Source: Octopus bimaculoides (taxonomy: Eukaryota). From it: DNA of 64,000 bases. The DNA is taken from the NCBI RefSeq assembly GCF_001194135.2, contig NC_068982.1, positions 156,833,857 to 156,897,856 on the forward strand, in the 5' to 3' direction. The notes beneath the pieces were generated by a model. That model saw only the letters and a program-made list of their open reading frames with translations, was not told the DNA's origin and did no database searches. Both the position numbers and the translations under genes were made by a program. This document shows positions 53,515 through 64,000 of the stretch, piece after piece (the first letter of the stretch is position 1; every line of letters begins with the position of its first letter).

Positions 53515-54260
53515 CACCCAACTGCCAGCTCTGTCTCCGCAAACAACTGCATATCCTCCAACAACCATCAAGGAATACGATTTATCGTATTGCTGCCACC
53601 AGAGTTATGGCCACCTGGCAAAGTTCAGGCCTCTGACTGCCGACAACCCGGTTATATCACCTCAGCACCAGCTGCTACTCTGCAACGCCTGCACCAAGGT
53701 CCCTGCTACCAACCAACTCCATGAGCAGGTCCACCTTTTACCAATCCTCAACGTTTACCAATTCCCAACGCTTACTATTCCCGAAGGCCTGTTTTGCGCG
53801 TGTTTGCTCGCACACGCGCGCGGGCATATGCACATGTGCACGCGAACAGTCGTACGCATGCGTACATGCATGTGAATATACATATGTGCATATGAATGAA
53901 TACGCATATGTGTGCATGTGTGCATATGCTTGTATATGTGTGCGCGTGTTCATCTAAACCTTTGCGTGTGTGTGTAGATGTGTGCGTGCGTGCCCATGTA
54001 GAGATGCTCACGCCCGCTTCAATATACACATGCACGGAAGAGCGTGTCTACACACCCACATATAGAACTATATACTTGCACATACGACCCCTTCCGATTT
54101 CCCGCCAACAAACTGATCGATTTCTAATCGCCATGTGGTCTTTTGTTCCTGTCCTCCACGTCGTCAATTTCCTGTTCACCATGCGGTATTTTCCAACTAA
54201 CTTTTACCCATATACCAACATCCAACTACGGCACTGCGTGACCTTCCTTGACTAATCACA
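53513..54260 (+). mobile_element. Decayed Ty3/gypsy-like gag zinc-knuckle/protease remnant, split by a microsatellite
   Basis: YCCHQSYGHLAKF resembles a CCHC knuckle. RFLIAMWSFVPV followed by IPTSNYG resembles the aspartic protease FL.DTGA.VS.IP...YG region. C-rich and frame-shifted. Confidence 0.35.
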
Positions 54261-54379
54261 GCCCACCGTACAGTAATAACAATCAACTACTGTCATTCAA
54301 ATTCAAAATGACTGACGACCAGTATAACACTTGAAACTCAAGAGTACCAACGAATTTGAATCAAACTGTTTTGATCCAT

Positions 54380-54428
<49 letters not shown>

Positions 54429-54898
54429 CAGAGACACATACATATATATATTTGCATGTGTGTATGTACTCATGTATTTGTGTGTTAATAAATTCACGCA
54501 CAGACAGAAGCGCACATATATATTTGGCTATCATGACGATGATCCTGCATAAACTTGTTCGTGAAGACTAGCACAAAATACAGCACAAAAGAACTTGTAT
54601 GTATATATGAACGTCGCTTAGATTCCCATCTTCCACGCCCTCCGACTACTTTCCTAACACTTACTTTTCTTCCCTCCTTCCCCCTCACTGTTATTGCATC
54701 ATTCACTACGACCAATAAACATCCTCATTTTCCTTGGACACACGTTCATCCTTTGTTTCAGATCAAAACCACTTTTATCTTTTCCATTGTTATTATCATA
54801 TTAAGGCAGAACAGTCTCTGCATCATCTCTCTCTCTCTTTTTCCCCCTCTCTCTCTCTCTTTTTCCCCCTCTCTCTCTCTCTCTCTCTCTCTTTCTTT

Positions 54899-54942
<44 letters not shown>

Positions 54943-55546
54943 CTGACTGACTTTGAGTATGTCATTCTCCCTTTATCTCTTATACCTCCATCGCTCTAAT
55001 TCTTGCTCTGTCCGTTTCTATTACATATTTTTCCTATGTTTAAATCATATGCGGATGGACATTATAACATCTTTAATACTGTGTCTGTGCACCTACGTAT
55101 AAGATACAGCATTTGCTTATGCAGGGGTATGAACAGAATAGTATTTGTCTACATGTATACGTATAAACACACACACACAAATATGTACGTATGGATACAT
55201 ATATATATATATATATATACATACATACATACATATATATATAAATATAAATATATATATATNNNNNNNNNNNNNNNNNNNNNNNNNNNNNNNNNNNNNN
55301 NNNNNNNNNNNNNNNNNNNNNNNNNNNNNNNNNNNNNNNNNNNNNNNNNNNNNNNNNNNNNNNNNNNNNNNNNNNNNNNNNNNNNNNNNNNNNNNNNNNN
55401 NNNNNNNNNNNNNNNNNNNNNNNNNNNNNNNNNNNNNNNNNNNNNNNNNNNNNNNNNNNNNNNNNNNNNNNNNNNNNNNNNNNNNNNNNNNNNNNNNNNN
55501 NNNNNNNNNNNNNNNNNNNNNNNNNNNNNNNNNNNNNNNNNNNNNN

Positions 55547-55585
<39 letters not shown>

Positions 55586-55783
55586 ATACGTATATATATA
55601 TGTATGTATGTACGTATATATATATACATACATATACATACATGTATATATATATATATGCACACATATACCTAAATATATACATGTATCTGTCCTCTAC
55701 TCATGTATGTATTTACATGCAGATATATACACATATACATATGTACACACACGTGCACAGAGTCACACACACACACGAACATA

Positions 55784-55844
<61 letters not shown>

Positions 55845-56426
55845 ATACTTATGCGGTGAATCAAATGTAATATCTGTAGAAACATCAGTGCATAGGTTCC
55901 CTCAAGTTATGCGTAATTGATTTAGATCGAACAATCTGATCAGAGGGACACATTGAGAAAGATAAAATTTCGCGATAGTCTCGCAAACAAAGAAACCAAC
56001 TGTACACAAACATACATTCATATATAGATNNNNNNNNNNNNNNNNNNNNNNNNNNNNNNNNNNNNNNNNNNNNNNNNNNNNNNNNNNNNNNNNNNNNNNN
56101 NNNNNNNNNNNNNNNNNNNNNNNNNNNNNNNNNNNNNNNNNNNNNNNNNNNNNNNNNNNNNNNNNNNNNNNNNNNNNNNNNNNNNNNNNNNNNNNNNNNN
56201 NNNNNNNNNNNNNNNNNNNNNNNNNNNNNNNNNNNNNNNNNNNNNNNNNNNNNNNNNNNNNNNNNNNNNNNNNNNNNNNNNNNNNNNNNNNNNNNNNNNN
56301 NNNNNNNNNNNNNNNNNNNNNNNNNNNNNNNNNNNNNNNNNNNNNNNNNNNNNNNNNNNNNNNNNNNNNNNNNNNNNNNNNNNNNNNNNNNNNNNNNNNN
56401 NNNNNNNNNNNNNTATATATACATAC

Positions 56427-56467
<41 letters not shown>

Positions 56468-56848
56468 CATAGACATATTTAAACAAATACACACACACAC
56501 AAACAGAGAGGAATATGCATATTTCCGTGTGTATATATATATATATATGCATGCACGTATACTTCTTTAGATTAGATTAGGAATCTTATGTAATCTCTGT
56601 ATTTCTCTTTCTCCAGCTGTCTCTCTCACCATCTCTGAATGTATATAAATATAAGCATACATACATTATATCAGCGTTTACATACAAGCGCATACAAAAT
56701 CTGACTCTGCATGAATTTGTATGTATCTGCCTCTTTGATCGGCGAGCACGTATTTATATATATGTATATGTGTAAATATGTTTTAGCACATATATATTTT
56801 TATCTAAGCATAATAACACACACTCACACAGACACATACACAAGCATC

Positions 56849-56932
<84 letters not shown>

Positions 56933-57369
56933 CTTACATATACGCACACACAAATGCACATGAAATACTGGTAAAAATATATCAACTTTCATGTGGGCAT
57001 TGTTTATGTTGGCATGTGTGTATTTGTGAGTGAATCTGTGTCCTTGAGTATTTTCTGTGTTTATGTATCTATTTGTGTGTGCTTATGCGTTTTTCTATCT
57101 GTGCATTATCTAGTTTGTAATAATATTTGCCCGCTTGTGAATGTATGAAGTGATTATATAAACGTTTTACATAAACTTTCTTGACAAATCAGAAAAAAAA
57201 AAAGAATGTATATATATTAGGAACTTTCTAGAAGGTATCAGAAATTCAATTAAACCAACGTGTAAGCTACATACACATGTATCTACATTAAACGCGCTCA
57301 CTTATGTCGCCATACGTTCAAGTGCACAAATAGAGTAACCCACGTACATGGACTAACGGACTTGCGCAG

Positions 57370-57554
57370 AGATGACGATGATGACGACGACGACGACGAT
57401 GACGACGATGATGACGATAATGATGATGATGATTAGGATGATGATGATGATAGTAATAATAATAATAATATTAATGGGGAGATATATGTACACGCAAAAA
57501 CACCGAGATGCATATTCTCTCATACTAGTACACAAACACGAACCACACACAGAC

Positions 57555-57624
<70 letters not shown>

Positions 57625-57635
57625 TGATGATGATG

Positions 57636-57700
<65 letters not shown>
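57370..57700. repeat. Compound (GAT)/(GAC)/(AAT) microsatellites
   Basis: Visible directly. Confidence 0.9.
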
Positions 57701-58256
57701 CAGCTAAGAGACTGTGAAAGAAACCCCAAGAAGTGAACAACAAGAAAACTATAAGCACCACAAACAATAATAACAATAAACAGAAGTATAGTAAGTGAAT
57801 AACTTGGAAATGTTATTCCAAACACTAACCAAAGCCTGACAAATAGACAAAAAGTAAATTATGTAAGATGTAAAAAGAAGTGTGAAAATCAAGTAAAAAA
57901 TATAAAGGAATGAAGAATATGAAATACATAAAAGGTTGGTGGTATGAAATGTAATTTTAGTGGAAGGCCAATGTGCAGGATAGAGGGTTAGTCGGAATGA
58001 GCTGAAAGACAGAGAGAAGGAGGACGTATTTGTGTGAGTGTGTGTGTGAGAGGGAGAGAGAGGGATGGAGAAAGAGTGGGAGGGAGAGAGAGAACCTGTG
58101 AGAGTGAGAAATGAGGGGCGTAATCTGAATTGGAAATACGGAGGGAGAGATTGGGGGATTATATGTACACGCTGAAGCACAGACATGCACACTCTTACAC
58201 ATAAACACGGACCACGCACGCGCACACGCACACACAGACACATACACATACACATA

Positions 58257-58300
<44 letters not shown>

Positions 58301-58434
58301 TCCGCATAACCAAATAAAAGTTATGCCTGAGAAAGAAATACAGAGCATTAGGTGATACAGTGAATCAAATTACTGGCTAAACACACACGCACACATATAT
58401 ACACACACACACATACACACACACACACCTATAT

Positions 58435-58479
<45 letters not shown>

Positions 58480-58524
58480 NNNNNNNNNNNNNNNNNNNNN
58501 NNNNNNNNNNNNNNNNNNNNNNNN

Positions 58525-58573
<49 letters not shown>

Positions 58574-59049
58574 CATAAGAAGAAGAGGAAAGGGAGAGGT
58601 ACCATTAATGGTAACTCTAAGCTAAAATGATATTAGATATGTTGCAGTGTTGGAGCATTATTTCTGAAAATCAGCAAAGCAGATTATATATTATTTCTTG
58701 ATCGAATAGTCTTTCTGTTTGTGTCCATACACATACATTTCAGCGTCTATGTAGTAGGCAGGAGCTAAAAGCAGCATTAAACTTGACATTTATACGTTTA
58801 CTAACAAACACAGACGTTCACAAATGTATATGACCATTAAAATCTCTAGGAAGAAGAACAGACGAGAAGACCACTACCTGTTACTTTTGGAAAGTTATGA
58901 AGACGTGGAATTTTGAACGAGCAATTGAACTTCCATTTGGGGTTTCGACAACTTACAATCTCTTGGCTAAGAGGGCCCTTTGATTTCTTACTTTTATTCT
59001 TTTTCAGCGCCGTTTTACAACTAATCTCTATGTTCCATGTCTTGTAAAC

Positions 59050-59420
59050 AGTCTTGTGAATATTGACTGGAAATTTAGTCAATGTTTTGGGGAGGGAAGG
59101 AGCACTGGCTCATCCTCTCGTATGTGGAATGAGGTGTTCTTGGTAAGTGGCGTTTTACCGACGTGGTCACTGTACCTGAGAATGAAGAAATGACCTCCTA
59201 TGCTAACAACGATGCGTTAATTAGCGGTCATCTCCGATACAATTTATTTTAGAAATCTCTTGTTGCAACTGTCATAAATTCATTTCCTCCTCTCCGTTTG
59301 CTGTATAAAACGTTCAAGTCCGGTTAGACATGCATGCTTCTATACTTTATGAGACGCTTCTTCACCTTTCTCCCACAATCTTTGAATCAATCCTTCTACC
59401 TGATGATTTACATTATCAGT
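59050..59420 (+). mobile_element. Decayed CR1/L2-like RT fragment
   Basis: ALAHPL...GKWRFTDVVTVPENEEMTSYAN...FKSG resembles the P..WK.A.V.PVPKKG...NYRPI...GFR region. Confidence 0.4.
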
Positions 59421-59479
59421 GATACTGACCTCGTTTATTTATATGATATTTCTCTTGATTACCTGGATTTTAGCATAGT

Positions 59480-60470
59480 GATTCCTTGAAAATAATCTTC
59501 CTCCATAACGCTTACCTTATTTTAACATTTTTAATTTTATGACTTTTTAGTTGAGTGGTCCAAAATACTTAAGTGCTTCTTTAACATCTAAGGATTTGAT
59601 ATTCTCACCATCGCGACTTGATAAGGATTTGATATTCTCTAAGTATTTGATATTCTCACCAAATTTTCCATGCTTCATCTCCAGCCAACATTTCTCAGTA
59701 CCGAATGCCATCCCATTGTCATTTGTAAAATATTCGAACCTGAGGATTCAACTTCACTTTCTGGTCTGAACCAAAGAATCCAGCTGATTTTTATCTCTGC
59801 TATAAAACTTTAAACCTGAGAAATCATATGATTTCTTTTCTATTATTTTTTCCCTTTTTATTCAGAATAATTAACAGTATAATCAGCTCTTATATGCAAG
59901 ATAGCAGAGTGATAGTCCTCTCGAAAGACTTGTACCTCCGCCATTCTTTCCTTTGTGGATAATTTTGTTCTCCAACGTCACATTGTATTTCCTAACATAT
60001 ACCCTACTTTTTACCGATAATTTGAATAGCTGTAGACAATACTGCCTCTTCAATGGCCAAGAACACTAATAAGACATCACGCTGAAAATCACTCTACTCC
60101 CCCATTTCCTGTTTTATACTTTTGATATCCTTTCGTTCTAATTTTACCTCCTCCTTCACCCAGGTTCTCTTCTGCTCTTTCATTCATTTTCCTTCCTTCT
60201 CTCTCGTCAGCTTTCTCTCTCATACTATTTCATACGCATGCTGCAATATCTCCTTATTCTGTCTTTTCTATCAGTGCTGCCAGTCACTTCGATACAAAAG
60301 AAAATTCTTCTGCCTTCAATTTTCCCCACTTTGAAACACAACCCAGAATGAATATTCCAAATGCTGTTTATTTCCACTCTCCATGACAATACTATTACTG
60401 TTTCTATTACTTCCGATAAATACAAATCTTGCCGACGGAGAACCACATCAGACACTTTGGATCCTATTAC
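59480..60470 (-). mobile_element. Second decayed R4/Dong-clade RT fragment
   Basis: Minus strand LKFYSRDKNQLDSLVQT and FTNDNGMAFGTEKC...DGENIKSLDVKEALKYFG match the LKL...QLDSL...F..DIGM.FG..KC...YKYLG region also represented in copy 30960-32960. Confidence 0.65.
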
Positions 60471-60882
60471 GTGTGTAAAAAATAAACAAAAATAAAATAT
60501 ACAAAGAAATAGCTGCAGATTTAATAGTCTCACAAACCGCATTACTGCGCTGAGATGGACATCACCACTAATAAGTAAAAAGTAAACATTGCAACTATAG
60601 GGCTCTGACTGAGTCCGCTCTGGACACTTCTAGAACATAAAGGTATACAAAAACAGATGCAATGGTTGAAGCTTGCTGGACGTTGAATGGAAGATGTATA
60701 TGTAAGACATCTAAATTATCTTCTGTATCCCATACGATTGACCATTCCATTTAGGAATGCATGGAGATCCTAGCTGGTGGAGATTTTATACTTGGAGGTA
60801 GCGATTACAATTTTTCGTTCGGATAGTCATACGATGACAGTTGTATATTGGTCTACAACAAATAAAATAACACAGAATCAAT

Positions 60883-60997
60883 ATATGGACACAGGATGCA
60901 AAATCGACATACTCAAATTCCAGTTCTATTCACTTTACGACCTGAATTTTAAAGCATTCAGTAATCATAAACTCGGATATATACTTGTTTGTCAAAT
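60883..60997 (+). repeat. Copy 1 of a ~115-bp direct repeat
   Basis: Near-identical to 62659-62771. Confidence 0.95.
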
Positions 60998-61080
60998 GAT
61001 TTCATCTGGAACCATATTTTGAAACAAATAATTACTGCGTTGAAGATACACAGCCATTCAAAAGCAAGCAAAAACTGCAC

Positions 61081-61220
61081 CTTCACTTAAATATTTATTA
61101 TTTGGTGTAAATTTTTCATTGAACCAGTAACGTCTTGGTCACTGATATCGATCCACAACAATTGACCAGGTCGTAGTTGGTTTAAAATTTTCACACCAAA
61201 TAATAAATATTTAAGTGAAG
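61081..61220. repeat. 140-bp inverted repeat/hairpin (possible MITE)
   Basis: Outer 28 bp are perfectly complementary (61081-61108 with 61193-61220), and imperfect pairing continues to a ~23-nt loop. Confidence 0.85.
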
Positions 61221-61635
61221 TTAACAACTTCTGTATGTTTTTAATGTCTAATATGTGTCTTCTACGCTGCAATAATCATAATAATTTCTAAAATAAGCAG
61301 GTGACACTCATTTTGCAGTAGACATGTACGATTAGACAGACCGTGTATAACTGGAATAAGTTTCATTGAAACCAGTTAAATATAAGGGGAAGCTTGTATG
61401 AGTGAGTTAGGGATTAAGAATTGAAAGAAATATCCCCAAATATCACAAGGCTATTTATTGAATGCTTTACCTATGCTAACATACCATAATTATAAGAAAT
61501 AATCTCTAAATTAGGATCTAGAGTTATAGTTGAATATATCGATAATTATATTTGACATTTCATTTTTTTCTATCATGGTCAGTGGATGGATGAAGACAAT
61601 GATATTTCCAGCGGAATTCGAAATCAACGTTGAAC

Positions 61636-61703
<68 letters not shown>

Positions 61704-61824
61704 TAATAATAATAATAATAATAGAACTCCTTCCCTGAAATATATCTACACTAATCATACATAACAGCTACAGTAACACGTCCAATTTGCCGTTTCTTAA
61801 GGTTTCTGCAGTAATATTTTTTCT

Positions 61825-61945
61825 AATTTTGGCACAATGCTAGCAATGCTGAGGGAAGGAACAAGTCGATTACATCAACCCTAGTACTTGACTGGTACTT
61901 ATATCATCGACCCCGAATGGATGAAAAGCAAATTTCTCATTAGAA
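61825..61945 (-). mobile_element. SINE family B, 3' fragment
   Basis: ttttggcacaatgctagcaatg...aagtcgattacatcaaccctagtacttgactggtacttatatcatcgaccccgaatggatgaaaagcaaa. Confidence 0.65.
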
Positions 61946-62658
61946 TAAAACGCCACTCAGGGGTACCCACGAAACCACTCAGATCCCGACTCACCCTATT
62001 CATCAAGAATACCATGTCAAGTGCTCCTCTCTCTTTCGTAGTTTCATCCTGCAAGGCGCATGCTAAGTGTCGGTGCATTCACTCGGATCATTCTTGCTCC
62101 ATTCACCCACTTTTTTTACAAATTTACCGGGGAATGGAGAAGTATCTCCTTCTCCATCCTTACTTTCCTTTCCAAGTAGAACTTGAAAACATCGGTGAGA
62201 GCTTAGACGATAAAAAAATGTGTCTTCAACCCTTTCAATCTAGTCCACCACAAAACCTCTTTTGCTATTACAAAAACATGCCTTCATTTCAGTGCCAATA
62301 GACGACAGCAAGGCGAACTTCACGATAGATCTGGCTGATAGTAGCTCCAAAAGTCAGCAATGCTCGAGCACTATACGTGTGCATGTAGGAATTTCGTTGC
62401 TTTACGCACATCTCGAGCACTTGCAGCAGACATCTATACTATTTCTGTAGAGATTATTCCAAGGAATCAATCATGATAATAAATTCAATATTAATAACAT
62501 TAATAATATTTCTTTGCACTAAGTGTCATAAAATTGCCAACGGTTACTATCATTTACTTTCTTCTTGTGATACAGGCTACAAATTGTTCCTCTTCCCGTG
62601 GTGTCTTTTCTACCGTAATCATCATCTCCATCTTCATCATCATTATCATCATGATTAC

Positions 62659-62771
62659 ATATGGACACAGGATGCAAAATCTACATACTCAAATTCCAGT
62701 TCTATTCACTTTACGACCTGAATTTTAAAGCATTCAGTAATCAAATTCGGATATATACTTGTTTGTCAAAT
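62659..62771 (+). repeat. Copy 2 of the ~115-bp direct repeat
   Basis: Near-identical to 60883-60997. Confidence 0.95.
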
Positions 62772-62908
62772 ACATATAGCAAGAATACACATACATATAG
62801 CAAGAAAAGGGAGGAAGAGAATTTCGATTATCTCCGCGTGGTGAGCTGTAATACAATATATATATATATTAAAAATAAAAGGAAAATGCACACAGTTTAT
62901 ATAGTTTT

Positions 62909-63034
62909 AATATATTTTAAATGTAAGAGTATTGTGGTTGTCGACCGGCTTCACTTTCGCTAATCATGACATTGACATTATTGTAATTTCGTATTTTTTA
63001 AAGAGGATTTTAGTCTATGTTCTTGCATGAAATT
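62909..63034 (+). repeat. Left arm of a long inverted repeat
   Basis: Matches the reverse complement of 63875-63999, with about 17 mismatches over ~125 nt by eye. Confidence 0.85.
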
Positions 63035-63039
63035 TACAA

Positions 63040-63690
63040 TTTGGTTACAGTTGTAACTGATGCATATCATAAACCAACGGACTCGAAGCAATATCTTGTG
63101 ATTAGCTCATGCCACCCGAAACACATCAAAAAGAAATATTCTATTTAACTTAGCAAAAAGGAGTTGCACACTAATGTCTGATGTAAATACTCGGGACCTC
63201 CGTTTTCAAAACCTCAGAAAAACACTATCTGGGAGGCACTATCCATCCTCACTTATAAATGATGGGATTACACGTGCCAGGAAAATAGGCATTGAAACAG
63301 TAAGGAAACAAAAACGAAACAACGTACCTCACCTCAGAATACTACCGTATATATCAACTACAATCCTAGAAACAATGAGGCATACAACACTATTGTACAA
63401 AATCTTCCAATGCTCACTAGGGATCGAAAAATGAACATTCTGAAAACACATAAATTCATGAAGTGTAAAATGCAACCCAAATCGCCGGAAAGACTCATGA
63501 AAAGAGCGAAGTTTTACACAACAAACACGAAACCAATGGTTAAAAAATGTACAGGAAATCTTCAACCAAATTTCTCAGTTTCCCCATCTACCAGCGCAAA
63601 TAAACAACTTCTGTAAAAGAATGTTTAAATAAAGAAAATTTATTTATCGAGAAATACAGAGCATGCCTAAATATGAACGTATAACCAACT
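63040..63690 (+). mobile_element. Penelope-like element fragment (RT C-terminal/thumb region and ORF end)
   Basis: YHKPTDSKQYLVISSCHPKHIK, NILFNLAKR, L..RHYP..LI...I..A, LPYIST and ENLFIEKYRACLN are typical PLE RT C-terminal and ORF-end motifs. Frame-shifted; no GIY-YIG core seen. Confidence 0.8.
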
Positions 63691-63874
63691 TTGGTCTCAG
63701 TATATATTTTAATTCATGATCACATACATATTTCAACTCACTACTTTAGCTTATGAGTTTTTGTGTGTTTATTTTTTCTACCTCAAAAATGAGCAATTAC
63801 CTCCGCTGTCCCGAGTAAACACTATCACCAATTACCACCCCTTATATTTTTCTACTCGTTGATTCATTCACAAA

Positions 63875-63999
63875 CTTTCATAGAAGAACATGGACTAAAT
63901 TCTTCTTGAGAAAATACGAAATTACAATAATCTCAATGTCAATATTAGCGAAAGCGAAATCGGTCGACAACCACGATACTCTTTCATTTAAACTATATT
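63875..63999 (-). repeat. Right arm of the long inverted repeat (may continue past the window end)
   Basis: Reverse complement of 62909-63034. Confidence 0.85.
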
Positions 64000-64000
64000 T

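Noticed and set aside
59062-59094. DWKFSQCFGE resembles the N-terminus of fungal/plant PP2A B55 (Cdc55-type) subunits
   Set aside because: The match is ten residues only, the following WD40 sequence is absent, and the region overlaps a CR1-like remnant.
60600-60880. Possible RTE RT fragment (GEIL.V.DF.YLG-like)
   Set aside because: The similarity needs several frameshifts; too weak to list as a feature.
61888-62450. 137-aa and 62-aa plus-strand ORFs
   Set aside because: The first starts inside a SINE, and the rest may be decayed LINE sequence with no motif I can assign.

Overview
AT-rich, repeat-saturated eukaryotic scaffold DNA with 16 N-gaps (~5.1 kb in total), nearly all flanked by microsatellites. 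The SINE sequences and extreme microsatellite density resemble what I recall of Octopus (coleoid cephalopod) genomes; this assignment is inference, not a database result. I recognise no intact host protein-coding gene, rRNA, tRNA gene or CRISPR array. Almost every ORF in the six-frame track is an artefact of microsatellites, gaps or transposon remnants. The window reads as intronic or intergenic sequence. It contains three tRNA-derived SINE families (here A, B, C; ~18 copies or fragments), three mariner remnants (one keeps both TIRs and TA target-site duplications) and a Tigger/pogo-like MITE. It also holds decayed non-LTR retrotransposons (two R4/Dong-like, plus RTE-, CR1- and I-like fragments), a Penelope-like RT fragment and a gypsy-like gag/protease remnant. 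The best leads are a minimal hammerhead-ribozyme-like motif (35470-35509, minus), an inverted-repeat-bounded Penelope fragment at the right end, a 140-bp hairpin, a tandem SINE triplication, inverted SINE pairs and several isolated exon-like segments. I see no convincing new multi-gene system.
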